Shown here: piece after piece, positions 1 to 35,700 of the stretch
Numbering within the stretch: position 1 is the first letter of the stretch
Layout of the letters: every line of letters starts with the position of its first letter
Assembly: GCA_965112155.1 (NCBI GenBank)
Contig: OZ218100.1
Length of the DNA stretch: 64,000 nucleotides
From: Podarcis liolepis
Taxonomy: Eukaryota
Strand: one strand, 5' to 3'
Made by a program: the position numbers and the translations under genes
The notes under the pieces: generated by a model
Seen by the model: only the letters and a program-made list of their open reading frames with translations
Told to the model about the DNA's origin: nothing
Databases searched by the model: none

Positions 1-740
1 CTCACCCTCAATGTACAGACAGGGCTTGGACTCAGTACATGGCAGCCAGAATGCAGGGCCCTGCTTGGTACCATCTTTCTTAGGCTGTGCTTGTCCTCTC
101 CTCCCATGAGAAGATTTCAGAGTGGAAGTGGAGCTGAGTTCCTATCCTACTGGGCACGATTCAGGATAGCTGCTATAGTACTTATCTCTCCCTTCAAGAA
201 AAATAGGAGCACGGGAAGATGGTTTTAGTTTACGATAAGATTTAATTTAGGATAAGATTTTTGCTCTTTGTTACTGTCTCAATTGCTGTTGGATGTGTGT
301 ATATGTGGAAAGAGGGCTGAGTTTATATTCAGGCTTGGTTTGATGAAAGAGATCTAGGACCTCTTGTTTTGTTGGTTCATAGGGCAGGTTTGGGCTTTAC
401 TGTGACCTGCTGCCCAAGAGTTAATAAGTCTGCCTTGGCATCTTCTATAATGTTGTAAAAGACTTTGACTCCTTATCTAAAACTGTGTCATAGCCCCTTA
501 ACATGGTAACGTGTCTTGCCTAATCTGGGTGGGGGAGGGTTAGTGATTTTAAAAACAACTCTCTTGTCATCTGTATGATCATGATGTGCCCTACATAATG
601 TTTTATCTTTAGAAGATTTTTGTTTAAGGTGCAAGTAATAGTCAAGAATATTCTACTTGAAGTTTATCCTGAATTATAGCACAGCTATAGGGTGTGCTAA
701 AATATGTATGATTAGAGACATGCGTTTCTTTTTTCAACAG

Positions 741-13804
<13,064 letters not shown>

Positions 13805-16800
13805 TTGTTATCCAGGGAAAGGCACTTAACTTAAACCATTACTGATACTCTGATGGAGCAAGTATTGCTCTTTGCTCTTCAGTCTATAAAGCAGTGAAGG
13901 ATCTTCCATCAGTTTTTGGATGGACTAGATGACTTGGGAAAGGCTCCACATCTCTAGTTACTATGACTATGAATGTGATCCGGCACTGGGTTAAAAGCCA
14001 TGAAATATTTGTGTTAACATTGCCTTACTGGTACATCGCAGTGATGTTACTGGCCGATGAAGTGCACAGAGACTTGATGTAGTATGTGAAATTCCCAGGG
14101 TTTTTGTAGTTTACACAATAACAAAATAATTTTAATGGTTTTCTAGTTCCTACCTACTAAGCCATAGAATACTATTTTCTGGTATTTAGATACATCTGTT
14201 ATGAAGCTGTAGAGAAACCTGAAATATATACCATGACCAAATAACTACAACAATGCTTGATTTTTAAGCCCCATACAAAACACTTGTAGAATATTTATTT
14301 AGCAGGTATGAGTTGGAAAAGCAATAAAAGTAAAGGGAGCCAATAACTTTAAGGCAGATTTGTTGTCCTTCTGCTTAACTAGAACAGCCTCTTGATGTAT
14401 GGAAGTGCAGAGCAGTAAAAGTACTCTACAATCCCACTTAATACAGACAAGGTGTGTTTTTGCCTTTACACTTACATTAGGAGAACAGTAAAGCATTATG
14501 GTGAATTATCATTGTGTGGCAGATGTTAGTGTGACCTTGAGGCTTATGGAGGGCTTTCGGCCTTAATTTATCCATAGACCAGGATCCAGAGATGTAATTT
14601 GAATACTGCTGCAAAGAAAAAAGTGCTCCACTCGTTGTTTTTTTTGAGCACAACAGTTCCATGTGCTAGCAACTGGTTTCTTCTGCAGTGGGAATTGTTG
14701 CACCAGATAGAATAAACTGAAGCTCCTCCTGTGTGTATTGTTCCCTCTCACATATCACATATTTGGCTCCAGCCAATTAGCATCCAGTGCACAACTAAGA
14801 TCTTCAGTTGTTTAGCCTTCCACTGTGGAAACATGATTTGTGGTGGGAAGTTTAAAGTAGTAGGTGCATCACAATAGCCTTGTGGTGGTGGTGGGGGGCG
14901 CATACTTCTGTGCTGTCATTCATTTTGATCTGGAAGAGACTTGTCTGCTGCAGTTTGGCCCCAAAGAATCTTTTAATTTCTTGAAAGGAATAAAATTTTA
15001 CTTCATTTCCAATTAATTCTAGTAACTAGAATCCACAGTGTAATATATCCTTAGGATCTCTGGTGTCATGGAAGAAGATGTGGTCATTTATGTTTCCACG
15101 TTGCCCTTTGCTTTCTGCTCTTTGCTTTTCTTCTGCTTTCATTAAACCCTGTAGTCTAGCAAAATCACTCTTAGCTGCTGGTGATCAGGGGGTTGTGGCC
15201 TTTTGCCTCCCACTTGCTGGGTTTATCACTCAGAGATTAAGGGTGGAAAGAGAGTTTGCCTCCCTCCCTCCTTCCTGTCCCACACAAATTTACTTGCAAG
15301 GCACTCCGCTTGATGCAGTTGGCTTCTTCTTAAAAGATCTACTGATAGGAAAAGGATGGGAAGTGGCTTGGAGAAGGGCTAAAACCTGTCACCCTTTTCT
15401 TCCTTTCCCTTCCTGCTAGCAGGTCTGCTTACAAAACACTTACATTTAATCCATACAGTTCTCAATTACAGATGAGAATCAATTTGGCAAGCACTCCTAG
15501 ATTTAATGCGTATGAATGGGTGGTACTTTGTAGATAAAATAGTTAACACAATTATATGAATTCACTTCCTGGCCACTGTTTGTTCCATCATAGTGTTAAT
15601 TATTGCTGTCTGAATAGCAGCCTGTCAGTTCTGTTTTGCATCTGCTTTTCTTCTTTCTGATTTCCTGTCCATCTCCTTCCTCAGGTCGGTCTTCAGCATC
15701 TTTTCTTCTTCAACTGTCATCAGCTGACTTCTTTTCACTTTGCTTTCTCCCAGCATTTCATGCCCTCCTTTCACTTGCCCTGCATTCTGTGACATTACAG
15801 GAATAAGTTATTCCTGTGCATGTCTGTGAATTACAACTATGTAAAGAGCAAGAGAGGAAAACAGAAGAAGAATCTCAAAAATCTTATCACAATAAGGAAG
15901 GTCCAGTGCATACATTCCCTTAAGTTAAACCAAATTTTTTGATCCGGAGAAATGATGGAAGCAGCAGTTCAAGAACAAGGCTATATGAAGATAACCTAAC
16001 GCAGTCTGAGAACATTAAAGGCTACTGGACAACCAGTGCAAATGTCACTAAAGTAAATTAAAATAAAAACCTTGCTTAATTTTTTATTTCATCTCAACCA
16101 ACTGTTCTATTTAGATGACTGGCAAACAAATGAACTAACCTGGATCTAGTTATGAAGTTAACATTTTCAGGGAAATGTGGTCTACAATTGAAATAAGCTG
16201 TATATAAATGTCAGCAAGAACCAGATGTGCAGTTGAAGCATTCTGTGAAATTTTCATGGCAACACTTGCTCCGGCCAAGGCATGCTGCTGTAGCTGTTGC
16301 AGCAAAAAACTTCAAAGTAAGTTCCAACAGTGTGTGGCCCCATCTCTAGGATATAGCTTCATTTGATCATGACCTTTAACAGCTGTTCATAGGCCAGTTT
16401 ATTTTCCAAATCCTCTAACAGCAAAAGGATTTGGCCACCTCTCCATCTCTTCCTCTTGACCTTAAATTTATTAGTGTGTTCTGGATACTCTGTGAGCATT
16501 CAGTATAGTGGAATTTTCTATGCTATACAATCTCCAATTAGATGCCACAAGTAGAGGAAAATGTGTTGAATAATGGAGTACACTATGATGGAGCAAGCTT
16601 TAGAAGAACCTTGTATAATTATTTAATTTGAAACAAATATTGTTGCTTGTAGTGTTTTGTTGCTTTGTTTCAGTTGCCAGACAAACTCAATTTCAATGGT
16701 AGCATTTCTCTAATGTGCAAATTTTAGATGAATGGTGCAATTCACAAACTCCTTATTTCAGTCTAGCAGGAGTGAAGCAGAACAAAGACTGTGTGTCATT

Positions 16801-17261
16801 GGGGTTACAGATTCATAGTCTTATGAGGCATATGAGTTGGAACGGCAGGATATATGAAATATGGGTGTTTATTCTTCCATTTGTGTGTCTCCCTTGATTT
16901 ATGTTCAGCTGAATGTGAGCGGCCTCAGCTAAAAAATACTGAGGTAATGTGATGTGAAAATTCTGCTTGAGGCATTTTGATTTATGAAGACTATTTTGCA
17001 TGTGCAACTCATCACTGGATGTTGTTGTCACCGAATAGAGAACATGCATTTATAAGTTCACTTAGATCCTTAGATTTGAACTTTCATTAGCCCCAGCCAC
17101 CACGTCCAATGGGCAAGGATAATGGGAGTAGGAGTCTAATAATGTATGGAGGACCATGTGTTCACCACCATTTCTAAAAGGGGTTTGTAGTGCACTGATA
17201 GCCTGCTTCAAACCAGAATTTTTATTAGGATCATGTGGATTGATTTATGATGGACTGCTGC

Positions 17262-17307
17262 ATGGATGTTTCTGCATTGTGCAGAATGGATGTTTCTGCA
17301 TTGTGCA
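17262..17307. repeat. Tandem duplication, 24-bp period
   Basis: ATGGATGTTTCTGCATTGTGCA at 17262-17283 and 17286-17307. Confidence 0.85.
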
Positions 17308-18348
17308 TAATGTTTCACTAACTCACTGATGTTTACGGTGACCCACATGAATCACTGGCCTAATTTCAGGCATATTTGTTGAACAGATTTTGAGAGTCAG
17401 CTATGCACCTGCAGTTCTTCATGTCTTTGCTCTGTATTCAGAATACTTGGACTGAAACTTTTTGTATCTTATTTTGTTATCCCATTACAAACTCCAATGT
17501 GACATGGTAATTAATGTATAAAAGTACTGATTATGTAGGTAGAGTTACCTACATGACTGATGCTTTTATTATCAAAGTGTGTAGACAACCAAGAATCTGT
17601 TTGATGGCAGGAACTTTGCCAAAGCAGTAACATGTAAATTGGGTCAGTGGGTTGCAAGTAACACGTGGATTCAAAGAACATGCATTTCTACAATCTTGAA
17701 TTGGAAATTGTTCCAGTGAATAAAATTCTACAAGTGGGGGAGACCCTCTGCAATAATGCAGCTGTTTGGAAATGCAAGAGACAAAGTTTAATGTGGATGA
17801 AGCCTTCTCCAAACCACAGAGTCCAAAATAATGAGCCAGGAACTTATAGCAGATTAACCTTGTAGTTAAGCTACAAATGTATTCAAAGTAAATCTAGAAA
17901 ATATTCTAGAAAATGTTTCTCACCTATAGAAAAGGTCATTGTAATTTTATTGTCATCAGTTTCTTAACCTTTTCTACTGTAGACGTGGGAAGCAGTGCTC
18001 TCAGTGGGGAGAATCCACAGCAGAGATGAGAATGACTAAGTCTCAAAGGCAGTCAAAATGTCATGGATAAGTGAAATGATTGGAAGCCCCTATCATAAAT
18101 GATCCAATCATGTTGTAAAATTATTGGAAGCTACTATTCAATTTTTTGAATATACAGCTGGAACTATTCTGTATTTATAGCATGGTATTGAACACTGAAA
18201 GTAGCTGTTCTAGCAAAGCACATTTTGTTGTGGCATAACTATTAATCTATTGGAAGTGTTCATAGTTGTTTCACTGTTTTGTCTTATTGTTTCTTTGTAA
18301 ACTTATGCAACAACAGAATAGGATCAATATTATTTCGGATTGACTCAG

Positions 18349-18437
18349 TTGTTATCCTATAGATGTCTACTCAGAAATAAGTCCCCTTGAGTTCAGTGGG
18401 GTTTGCTTCCAGGTAGGTGTATATAGAATTGCAGCCT
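18349..18437. mobile_element. Short palindromic (MITE-like) repeat family; further copies near 25643, 29098, 42178, 44430, 50037 and 62505
   Basis: ...atcctata...aagtccc..tgagttcagtgggg...tagaattgcagcc fold-back motif recurring across the window. Confidence 0.55.
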
Positions 18438-18950
18438 TAAGATCGGTTGTAGCATCAGAGAGCCATATTTAAACAGAAGCAAAGCAAGTCAAACATGTAG
18501 TGTGTCAGGTATGCCTCTTGATTTAATTTCAGGTTTCAGGATAGCAAAATTTTGGACCAGTAGGGTAGGAATAAAAGCCCTGTTGTAGTTAAAGATGAGA
18601 AATAACTGGAATGTTTCTACACTATAACAGCTGTTACACACATTTCACAAACCATAAATAAACTGCATAGCTTGCACTCTTACTTTCCTATGAATGCCTA
18701 CAAATATTATTAAATCAAAGCTTTAAGTCACTGAAGGTTGGCATTAAATCTGTTGCTCCAGATGAATTTGTACCCAGTGTTGCATTATCATTAATCTTTG
18801 TTTTTCAGTTAAGTTGCATTCATTGAAGAAATAGTTCTGTATTGATGCTAGAAGATATTCATGTAAAACTTGTAGCCTCAAAAAGACACTGTCAAGTACT
18901 TTTTATATTTTTATATGTCCCATTGTTTGTAAATATCCTCTAAGCTTGAA

Positions 18951-18963
18951 AATAAATTTTATT
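18951..18963. terminator. Candidate back-to-back polyadenylation signals: AATAAA (+, distal PRKD3) and AATAAA (-, NDUFAF7)
   Basis: AATAAA 18951-18956 and TTTATT 18958-18963, about 200 nt past the NDUFAF7 stop. Confidence 0.55.
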
Positions 18964-19160
18964 TCCCTATCATGCGTCTTTTCCCCGCTACTGTATCCTC
19001 TGTACTTCCTCTAACTTTGGTAACTGTATCAAAATCCCTGTGTGCAGGCATTGTTACAGAAAGGCAACGTGATTGTTATAAGACCTATCTACATACCCCT
19101 ATTTCCATGATTCGCAATGGGAAGCCTGCATCGTTTTCTTAAAGCATTGACATTTGGGGT

Positions 19161-29300
<10,140 letters not shown>

Positions 29301-29605
29301 GCTCGCGCCGTCCCTTCCTTCACCTCCCTGACCCTCTTGTCCTGGCAGCCAAATAAAATAATTATTTTGCGAAGCGCCAAAGGAGTTCACCTTAGGGCCC
29401 GTGCCTGTGCTAAGATGCTTATTATTACAATATAGATAGACAAGCAGTGCGTCCCTCTTTCTGCCCCTTTCCCGTTTGTTTCCTAAATCTCTGCCGTTCA
29501 TAGTACGTTATATGTATCTAGCAGGACCTTCCACCTTCTAAGTGAGTGTCGTCATCACTACTACCCGGAAGCTAGGACGACGCGTGCGTGGTCTGGCCGA
29601 GGGAG
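29301..29605. promoter_or_regulatory. Bidirectional promoter between head-to-head NDUFAF7 and CEBPZ
   Basis: Only 305 bp between the two ATGs; CpG-rich flanks; ETS core CCGGAAG at 29565-29571. Confidence 0.85.
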
Positions 29606-29722
29606 ATGGCGACGTTGTCGGAGTTGGAGCTCGAGAAGTCTGACGAGAGAGATGGCGAGGGAGAGGTTGATGATGGAAGCGGCTTCACTCTGGAGGAGGT
29701 GCTGCGCCTCGGAGGCACCAAA
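29606..29722 (+). CDS. CEBPZ: CEBPZ exon 1 CDS
   Basis: gagATGG; [39 protein letters not shown]; gtaaga donor. Confidence 0.93.
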
Positions 29723-32700
29723 GTAAGAAAGAGGCCCTGAGGCGGCCTGGAAAGGGGTCCAGGGAGGTCCCTACGCATCTCTTTCCTTCCACGTGGTGGG
29801 AAAGGGGTGAGAGCCTTGGGTCAGCCTGGCTCTTTTCCCTCGGAAAGGATGGGCTTTAACAGGCGGAGTTTCTCCAAAAGTCGAAACAAAATAAAAAAAT
29901 TCCTTCCAGTAGCACCTTAGAGACCAACTAAGTTTGTTATTGGTATGATCTTTCGTGTGCATGCATCTTCAGATACATGAGATAAGAATCCAATGTCTCT
30001 ATTCAGACCAGGCCTCTCCATGGTTTTAAGTCTGGTAATAAGTTGCAATTCAGCAACTTCTCTTTCCAGTCTATTTCTGAATTTTTTTTTAATAAGACAG
30101 CAAAAGAATTTCAGAAATAGACTGGAAAGAGAAGTTGCTGAATTGCAACTTATTACCAAACTTGAAACCATGGAGAGACCTGGTCTGAATAGAGACATTT
30201 GATTCTTATCTCATTATACATGATAAAGCTATTTTTAGCTGTCCCACCCCTTGCTTTTTCCTGTAAGACCAATTGCAGTCGTTAACAGTTGTCAACAGGT
30301 TTACCACACCTATCAGCCAATCACCTATTCCCACCACCCTTCTGAGTAATAACCCTCCCTACTGTGTCACTATATATAAGGGACTGGTGACTTCTGTTTC
30401 AGTGTATCTGAAGAAGTGTGCATTCACATGAAAGCTCATACCAATAACAAACTTAGCTGGTCTCTAAGGTGCTACTGTAAGGAATTTATTTTGTTTTGAC
30501 TATGGCAGACCAACACGGCTACCTACCTGTAACTTTCTCCAAAAGGGCATTCGCCCTGGAAGGAGACGTCATCTGTCTAATGTTGGCTTCTCACATGTTG
30601 CCGTCTTTTCAAACTGGTGGAAATAAATGGCAGATCTGCTGCATGTGTAGCTTGAGGGGTTACACACATAGTATGTGGGCAGCGAACAATTTTTGTTTTC
30701 ATTTTTAGACATCTCCTCCCTCACTGGGTTATATACAAAGAGCCTTCTGGCCCCGTGTGGACCAACAGATAATATTGTAACAGAAATGTGCGGCCACAAA
30801 TTCTTACGTCACGACTAACCTGTTGTCCTTAATTTTTTTATGTGCAGCCAGTGATTAAGACAGTTTTTTCTGATTTTTGTACATGGTTTTTAGTAAAACA
30901 AAAAATAAAAATCCAGCACTATGAGAGCAGGTGGGACAATTCTTAATACTAGATAGTCCTTACATTGGTGGATATTTCAGAGGTGTGCAAGTAAATTAGA
31001 AGCAGTAATGGGCAATGTTGTCTGCGTATGTTATAAACCTATTTGCAATATGGATGTCTTATAATGCATGCACTGTCAAATGATGTTATCCATGAACACG
31101 CTGCTGAGACAACTTGTTACTTTGTTTTATGCAGCAAGATTATATCATGCTCGCTGCTTTGGATGAGACCGAAGAAATTGTAGATGGTGGAAAAAAAGGT
31201 GCCATTGATGATCTGAAGGATGGTGAATTGGAGGCATTTATAAAATCACTGGGTGTGAGCAGCTATTCAAAAAAATTCCTGGTTGCAGCAGATGAAGAAG
31301 AAGAGGGAGAAGCAGATGAAGGAGAACAAAAACTACGAAAAAAAGAGAAAGTCAACCAAAAGGAAGTAAACAAAACTACAGTAGCAAAAAAAGAAAACCA
31401 AGTGAAAGGAAGTAAAGAAAAAATAGAGTCAAGTAATGCCCAAGATAATAAGAAACAGTCAGTTCCCAATAGTGCTTTGTTGCATGGAACAAAAAAAGAC
31501 AAGGAAGTGGACACTTTTCAGTTTCATGAGCGGCAGATACTACTTATAAAACCAGGGGGCAAATGGTATGATCTGGAGTATACAAATGAATTTTCTACTG
31601 AACCCCAAAATCAGTCCCTTGTATCCAAGTATAAGGCTTTGGCTCAAAAGCTTTACCAACAAGAGGCAGACCTCTGCAAGAGTAAGGCAAATCTATGGAA
31701 AGGATCATCATCAGCTTGGATGAAAACTGTAGTATCCTCAGGGACTCTTGCTGACAGAATGGCTGCCATGACCCTTCTTATCCAAGATGCTGCTGTGCAC
31801 TCACTTCAGTTTATAGAGACCCTGGTGAATCTGATAAAAAAGAAAGGTAGTAGAAGGCAGAGTTTAATGGCCTTGGATACTTTCAAAGAGCTTCTCATGA
31901 CACATCTTCTACCAGACAATCGTAAGCTGTACACTTTCTCCCAACATCCTTTTGGCTCTCTGGAGCAGCTCTCAAGTGGCAACAGAGACTCGAGGGACAG
32001 GCGCCTGATCTTGTGGTATTTTGAGCATCACCTGAAGCACTGGGTGGCTGAATTTGTGCAGGTGTTAGAATCACTGAGTCATGATCCCCTGGTGGCAACA
32101 AAAACCCGTGCTCTTGTTGTTGCGCATGAACTTCTCTGCAACAAGGTAGAGGAAGAGAAAGCTTTTCTTGTGCAGTTAGTAAACAAACTGGGAGATCCTC
32201 TAAACAAAATAGCCACCAAAGCCTCTTATCTGCTAGAGACTCTGCTTCATAAGCATCCCAACATGAAAGGAGTGGTGTGTAATGAAGTGGAGAGGCTTCT
32301 CTATCGATCAAACATTAGCCCCAAAGCACAATACTATGCCATCTGCTTTTTGAACCAGATTGTTCTTAGTCACGAGGAGAGTGAGCTGGCTAACAAACTC
32401 ATTACACTCTACTTTTGCTTTTTTCGGTCTTGTATCAAGAAAAAAGACGTTGAGTCCAAAATGCTTAGTGCTCTCTTGACAGGGGTGAACAGAGCTTACC
32501 CTTATGCTCAGACTAGTGATGAAAAAATAAAGGAGCAGATGAATACTTTGTTTAAGGTTTTGCACCTTGCGAACTTCAGCACTGGCATCCAAGCCTTGAT
32601 GTTGCTGTTTCAAGTAATGGATTCTAATCAGACTATATCTGACCGATATTACACAGCCCTATACAAGTAAGCATCTCATACATTTTGATGTTTCTATTAA

Positions 32701-35700
32701 GTCGCGTTTTGTAGAATATTTACTGCTGATCAGTTTTTTATGGTTTATATGAATTTAAATTGTGAATATTGTGATGGCAAGAGAACTACTTTGTCCCCTT
32801 TTGGATATCAGTAGATGCCCTCAGTAGATGCACATCTGTAATGTGGAGGTTTTTTGTTTTGTTTTGGTTATTATTGGTATTCTCCAGTTGATTATCCTTT
32901 ATTGAAGCAGGGTTGAGCCAAGAGCCTCCTATTGTACCGGTTTTTCTTTCTCCTTCCTCTGAACTCAGTTTACAGAACAATCTTAAGTGGGGTGAGGATT
33001 GAAGTGGCGGATGATCCAAAGGCTTGCTGGCTTGCACCATCCATGGTGGCATAGAACATGCTTCTTTTTGCCTCTGTACTTATTACAAACCCTTACATTG
33101 CCTCTCCAGTTGAAAGAAATGGATGTCCATGGACCTTTCTGCTAGCATAGTGGAGGACTCACCAGCAAAGGTCCCATCCCCTACCCTAACCTGATTGTCA
33201 GTGGATCTGAGTGTTAGGTTGCTCTGTGAATGTTTAAATAAAACAAATGTAGAGATCCGAAGGCCCACTTTTACCCAAATTTTCAAAAACAAAAGGAAAA
33301 AGAATGAAAAATAAAATAGGTTCCCCCCATTTTCCTGTCCCCCTCATGCCTTCACATATTTTATAAAATGTGACTAATTATGGGATATTATTAATTAACC
33401 AATGGTCCACTTTAAACTAGGGTGAGAAAAATTTTTTGTATCAACAGTAGTAGTAAATGATGCAGCTGTCATATGTTGGCCTGTACCTCAAATTCAGAAG
33501 AATGAGTGAATTCATGAGGTTAATGCTGATAATTATTATTTTGTTTTTGCAGGAAGCTGCTGGATCCAGGATTAGCACTGTGTGCCAAACAGTCTATGTT
33601 TCTCAACCTTGTCTACAAATCTTTGAAGGCTGATATAGTACTGCGGCGGGTGAAAGCTTTTATAAAGCGATTGCTTCAAGTCACCTGTGGTCAAATGCCA
33701 CCATTCACCTGTGGAGCTTTGTACCTTGTGTCCGAACTTCTGAAAGTAAAACCAGGGTTACGAGTACAGCTGCAGGATCATGTGGTATGATATCCGTCTT
33801 ATAGAGTTGTTCTTAGCCTACCTTTGTACAACTAGCTGTTGACCTCAATTTTAAAAAAAAATGCTTTCAATCCACAATTTTGGCTTTATATGCTATCCCT
33901 GGAACGTAACTTATCAGAGTTTTGCATGATCACCACATTGGTTTTATCTTAAAACTGATTCATTTCCTAGGAATCTGATGATGAGGAACATTTTCATGAC
34001 CTTGAAGAAGCTGAAGAAGAGGAGGAAAATTTTGTAGATGTTGATGAAGAAACAAAAATAATAAAAACAGAAGAATCTGTGAAACCTCATGACCCAGCTT
34101 CAGGAGCTTCATGGGTACATCACCAAAATCTAGCAGGTAAAAATTGAAAAATTGTGTGTGAGATTCATCTGGCAGATGTTGACTGGAATGTTTCAGGTCC
34201 TAGTAGACGGTATTAAATTCTGCAAACTTTAATCTGAAGGTCGTTACCCAAAGGAAACTTTCCTTATTCAAACTTGTTTATGTGGGGGGGATTGAATGGA
34301 GCCAGAGGAAGGCCATCTGCTAAAAGTGTTTGGGAACAGTGTCAGTAGATAAGACATTGCCAGGGTTATGGGCCATTGCTGCTGCTGTATTAACAACTTT
34401 CATGAGACATTCGCTACTTAAGTGGTGTCCCCCCCATAGTTCTATTTCTGTCAGTAAAAAGTGCTTTAAAAGTCATGTCTCATTCACTTCTCCACCCATC
34501 TTTTGAGTTAGGCTGTTGTCATTTCCATTTTACAGAATGGAAACTGAAGCCATGAGACTTTGGCTGGGCTCACATAACTCCTCTCATGTCCAAGTCCAGA
34601 ACTCTTAATTTCTTGTTCACTCTGGTTTCTGATCTGTTCTAGACATCTGGCAGCTCTGTGTAATAATGAGAGTATTCTTCTTTCAGCTAATCCCACCAGA
34701 TGTTGCAATTGCACTAAAAGAAACTGGCTTACCTTCCCACTCTGCTTTCTAAACCAACATGCATTTTGCAGACTGGGTTGTATGAAATTAGAGCAGGGCA
34801 CAGAGATTTTTGTTGTACCTTTTGTGGTGTTACTGCAGAAGGACTCTCCTGTCTTTAAAATGATAAGAAGATCAGGAGTAGTTGATGAGGGATGATGGGA
34901 GTCCACAACATCTGGAGGGTACCAGGTTGACTACTTCTTTGTTGGATAACTAGGTGTTCCCCTTTTAAGTATCTAGATCTGTTTGTCTTTGATGATACAA
35001 AACATGTCTTCTTTTTCAGGGGGCAAGAATTTGGGTAGCTATGACCCATTACATCGAAATCCTTCATACTGTGGAGCTGATAGAACAAGTTTTTGGGAGC
35101 TAAAGAAGGTACCGTTTTTTCATGAGCACCAGGAATGTGGCTTTTGTGGGAGGGATCCCAGACAACTTTATTTTATTTTTGCAGAATTTTCCCTTTAACA
35201 GTGGATTTGGTATCATTTCATTGGGTTGGATCCAGAGTTAGAGTAGGCTCATTTAAATCATTGGTGTAAGTTAAGTCTCTTGGAGTTCATCAGACCCATT
35301 CTAAGTATAGCCAAGTGTGGAGTCAACCTGTTGAACAAGTTTTAAGAGGAGAGAAGCCTTGTTCAAAGATTAATTCTGGCATCTCTCTTATGACTTTACA
35401 TTGGAACAGGTCTAAGATAACTTCCACCAGCTTCATCCAGCATAGACGCTGCTCAGGAATTATGGGAGTTGCAGTCCAACAACATATGGAGGTCATCACG
35501 TTGGCTGTCTTAAGCCTACAGCTCTCTCTCTCTCTCCCTCCTCCCAATAGAGATTACTTCTCAACATAGGGGATGGTAACATAGTGCTGCAAAACATTTA
35601 GATCGACTACGTATCATGGGGATTTTCCATACTGGCACCTGCTGCTGGAGTTAGTCCAGAGCCCCTCTGATGAGTAGATTCATGTGATAAAAGTGGCACT

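Larger units (their letters stand above)
29881..30533. mobile_element. Penelope-like element (PLE) fragment with inverted pseudo-LTR, 12-bp TSD
   Basis: TSD TTTCTCCAAAAG at 29869-29880 and 30534-30545; GIY-YIG-type C-terminus ([30 protein letters not shown]) in both orientations; PLE-type end ...TAAGGTGCTAC...AACACGGCTAC. Confidence 0.88.

Noticed and set aside
29917-30202. Two mirror-image ORFs (93 aa -, 69 aa +) as a novel gene pair
   Set aside because: They result from the inverted repeat of a Penelope-like element endonuclease tail and have no independent gene structure.
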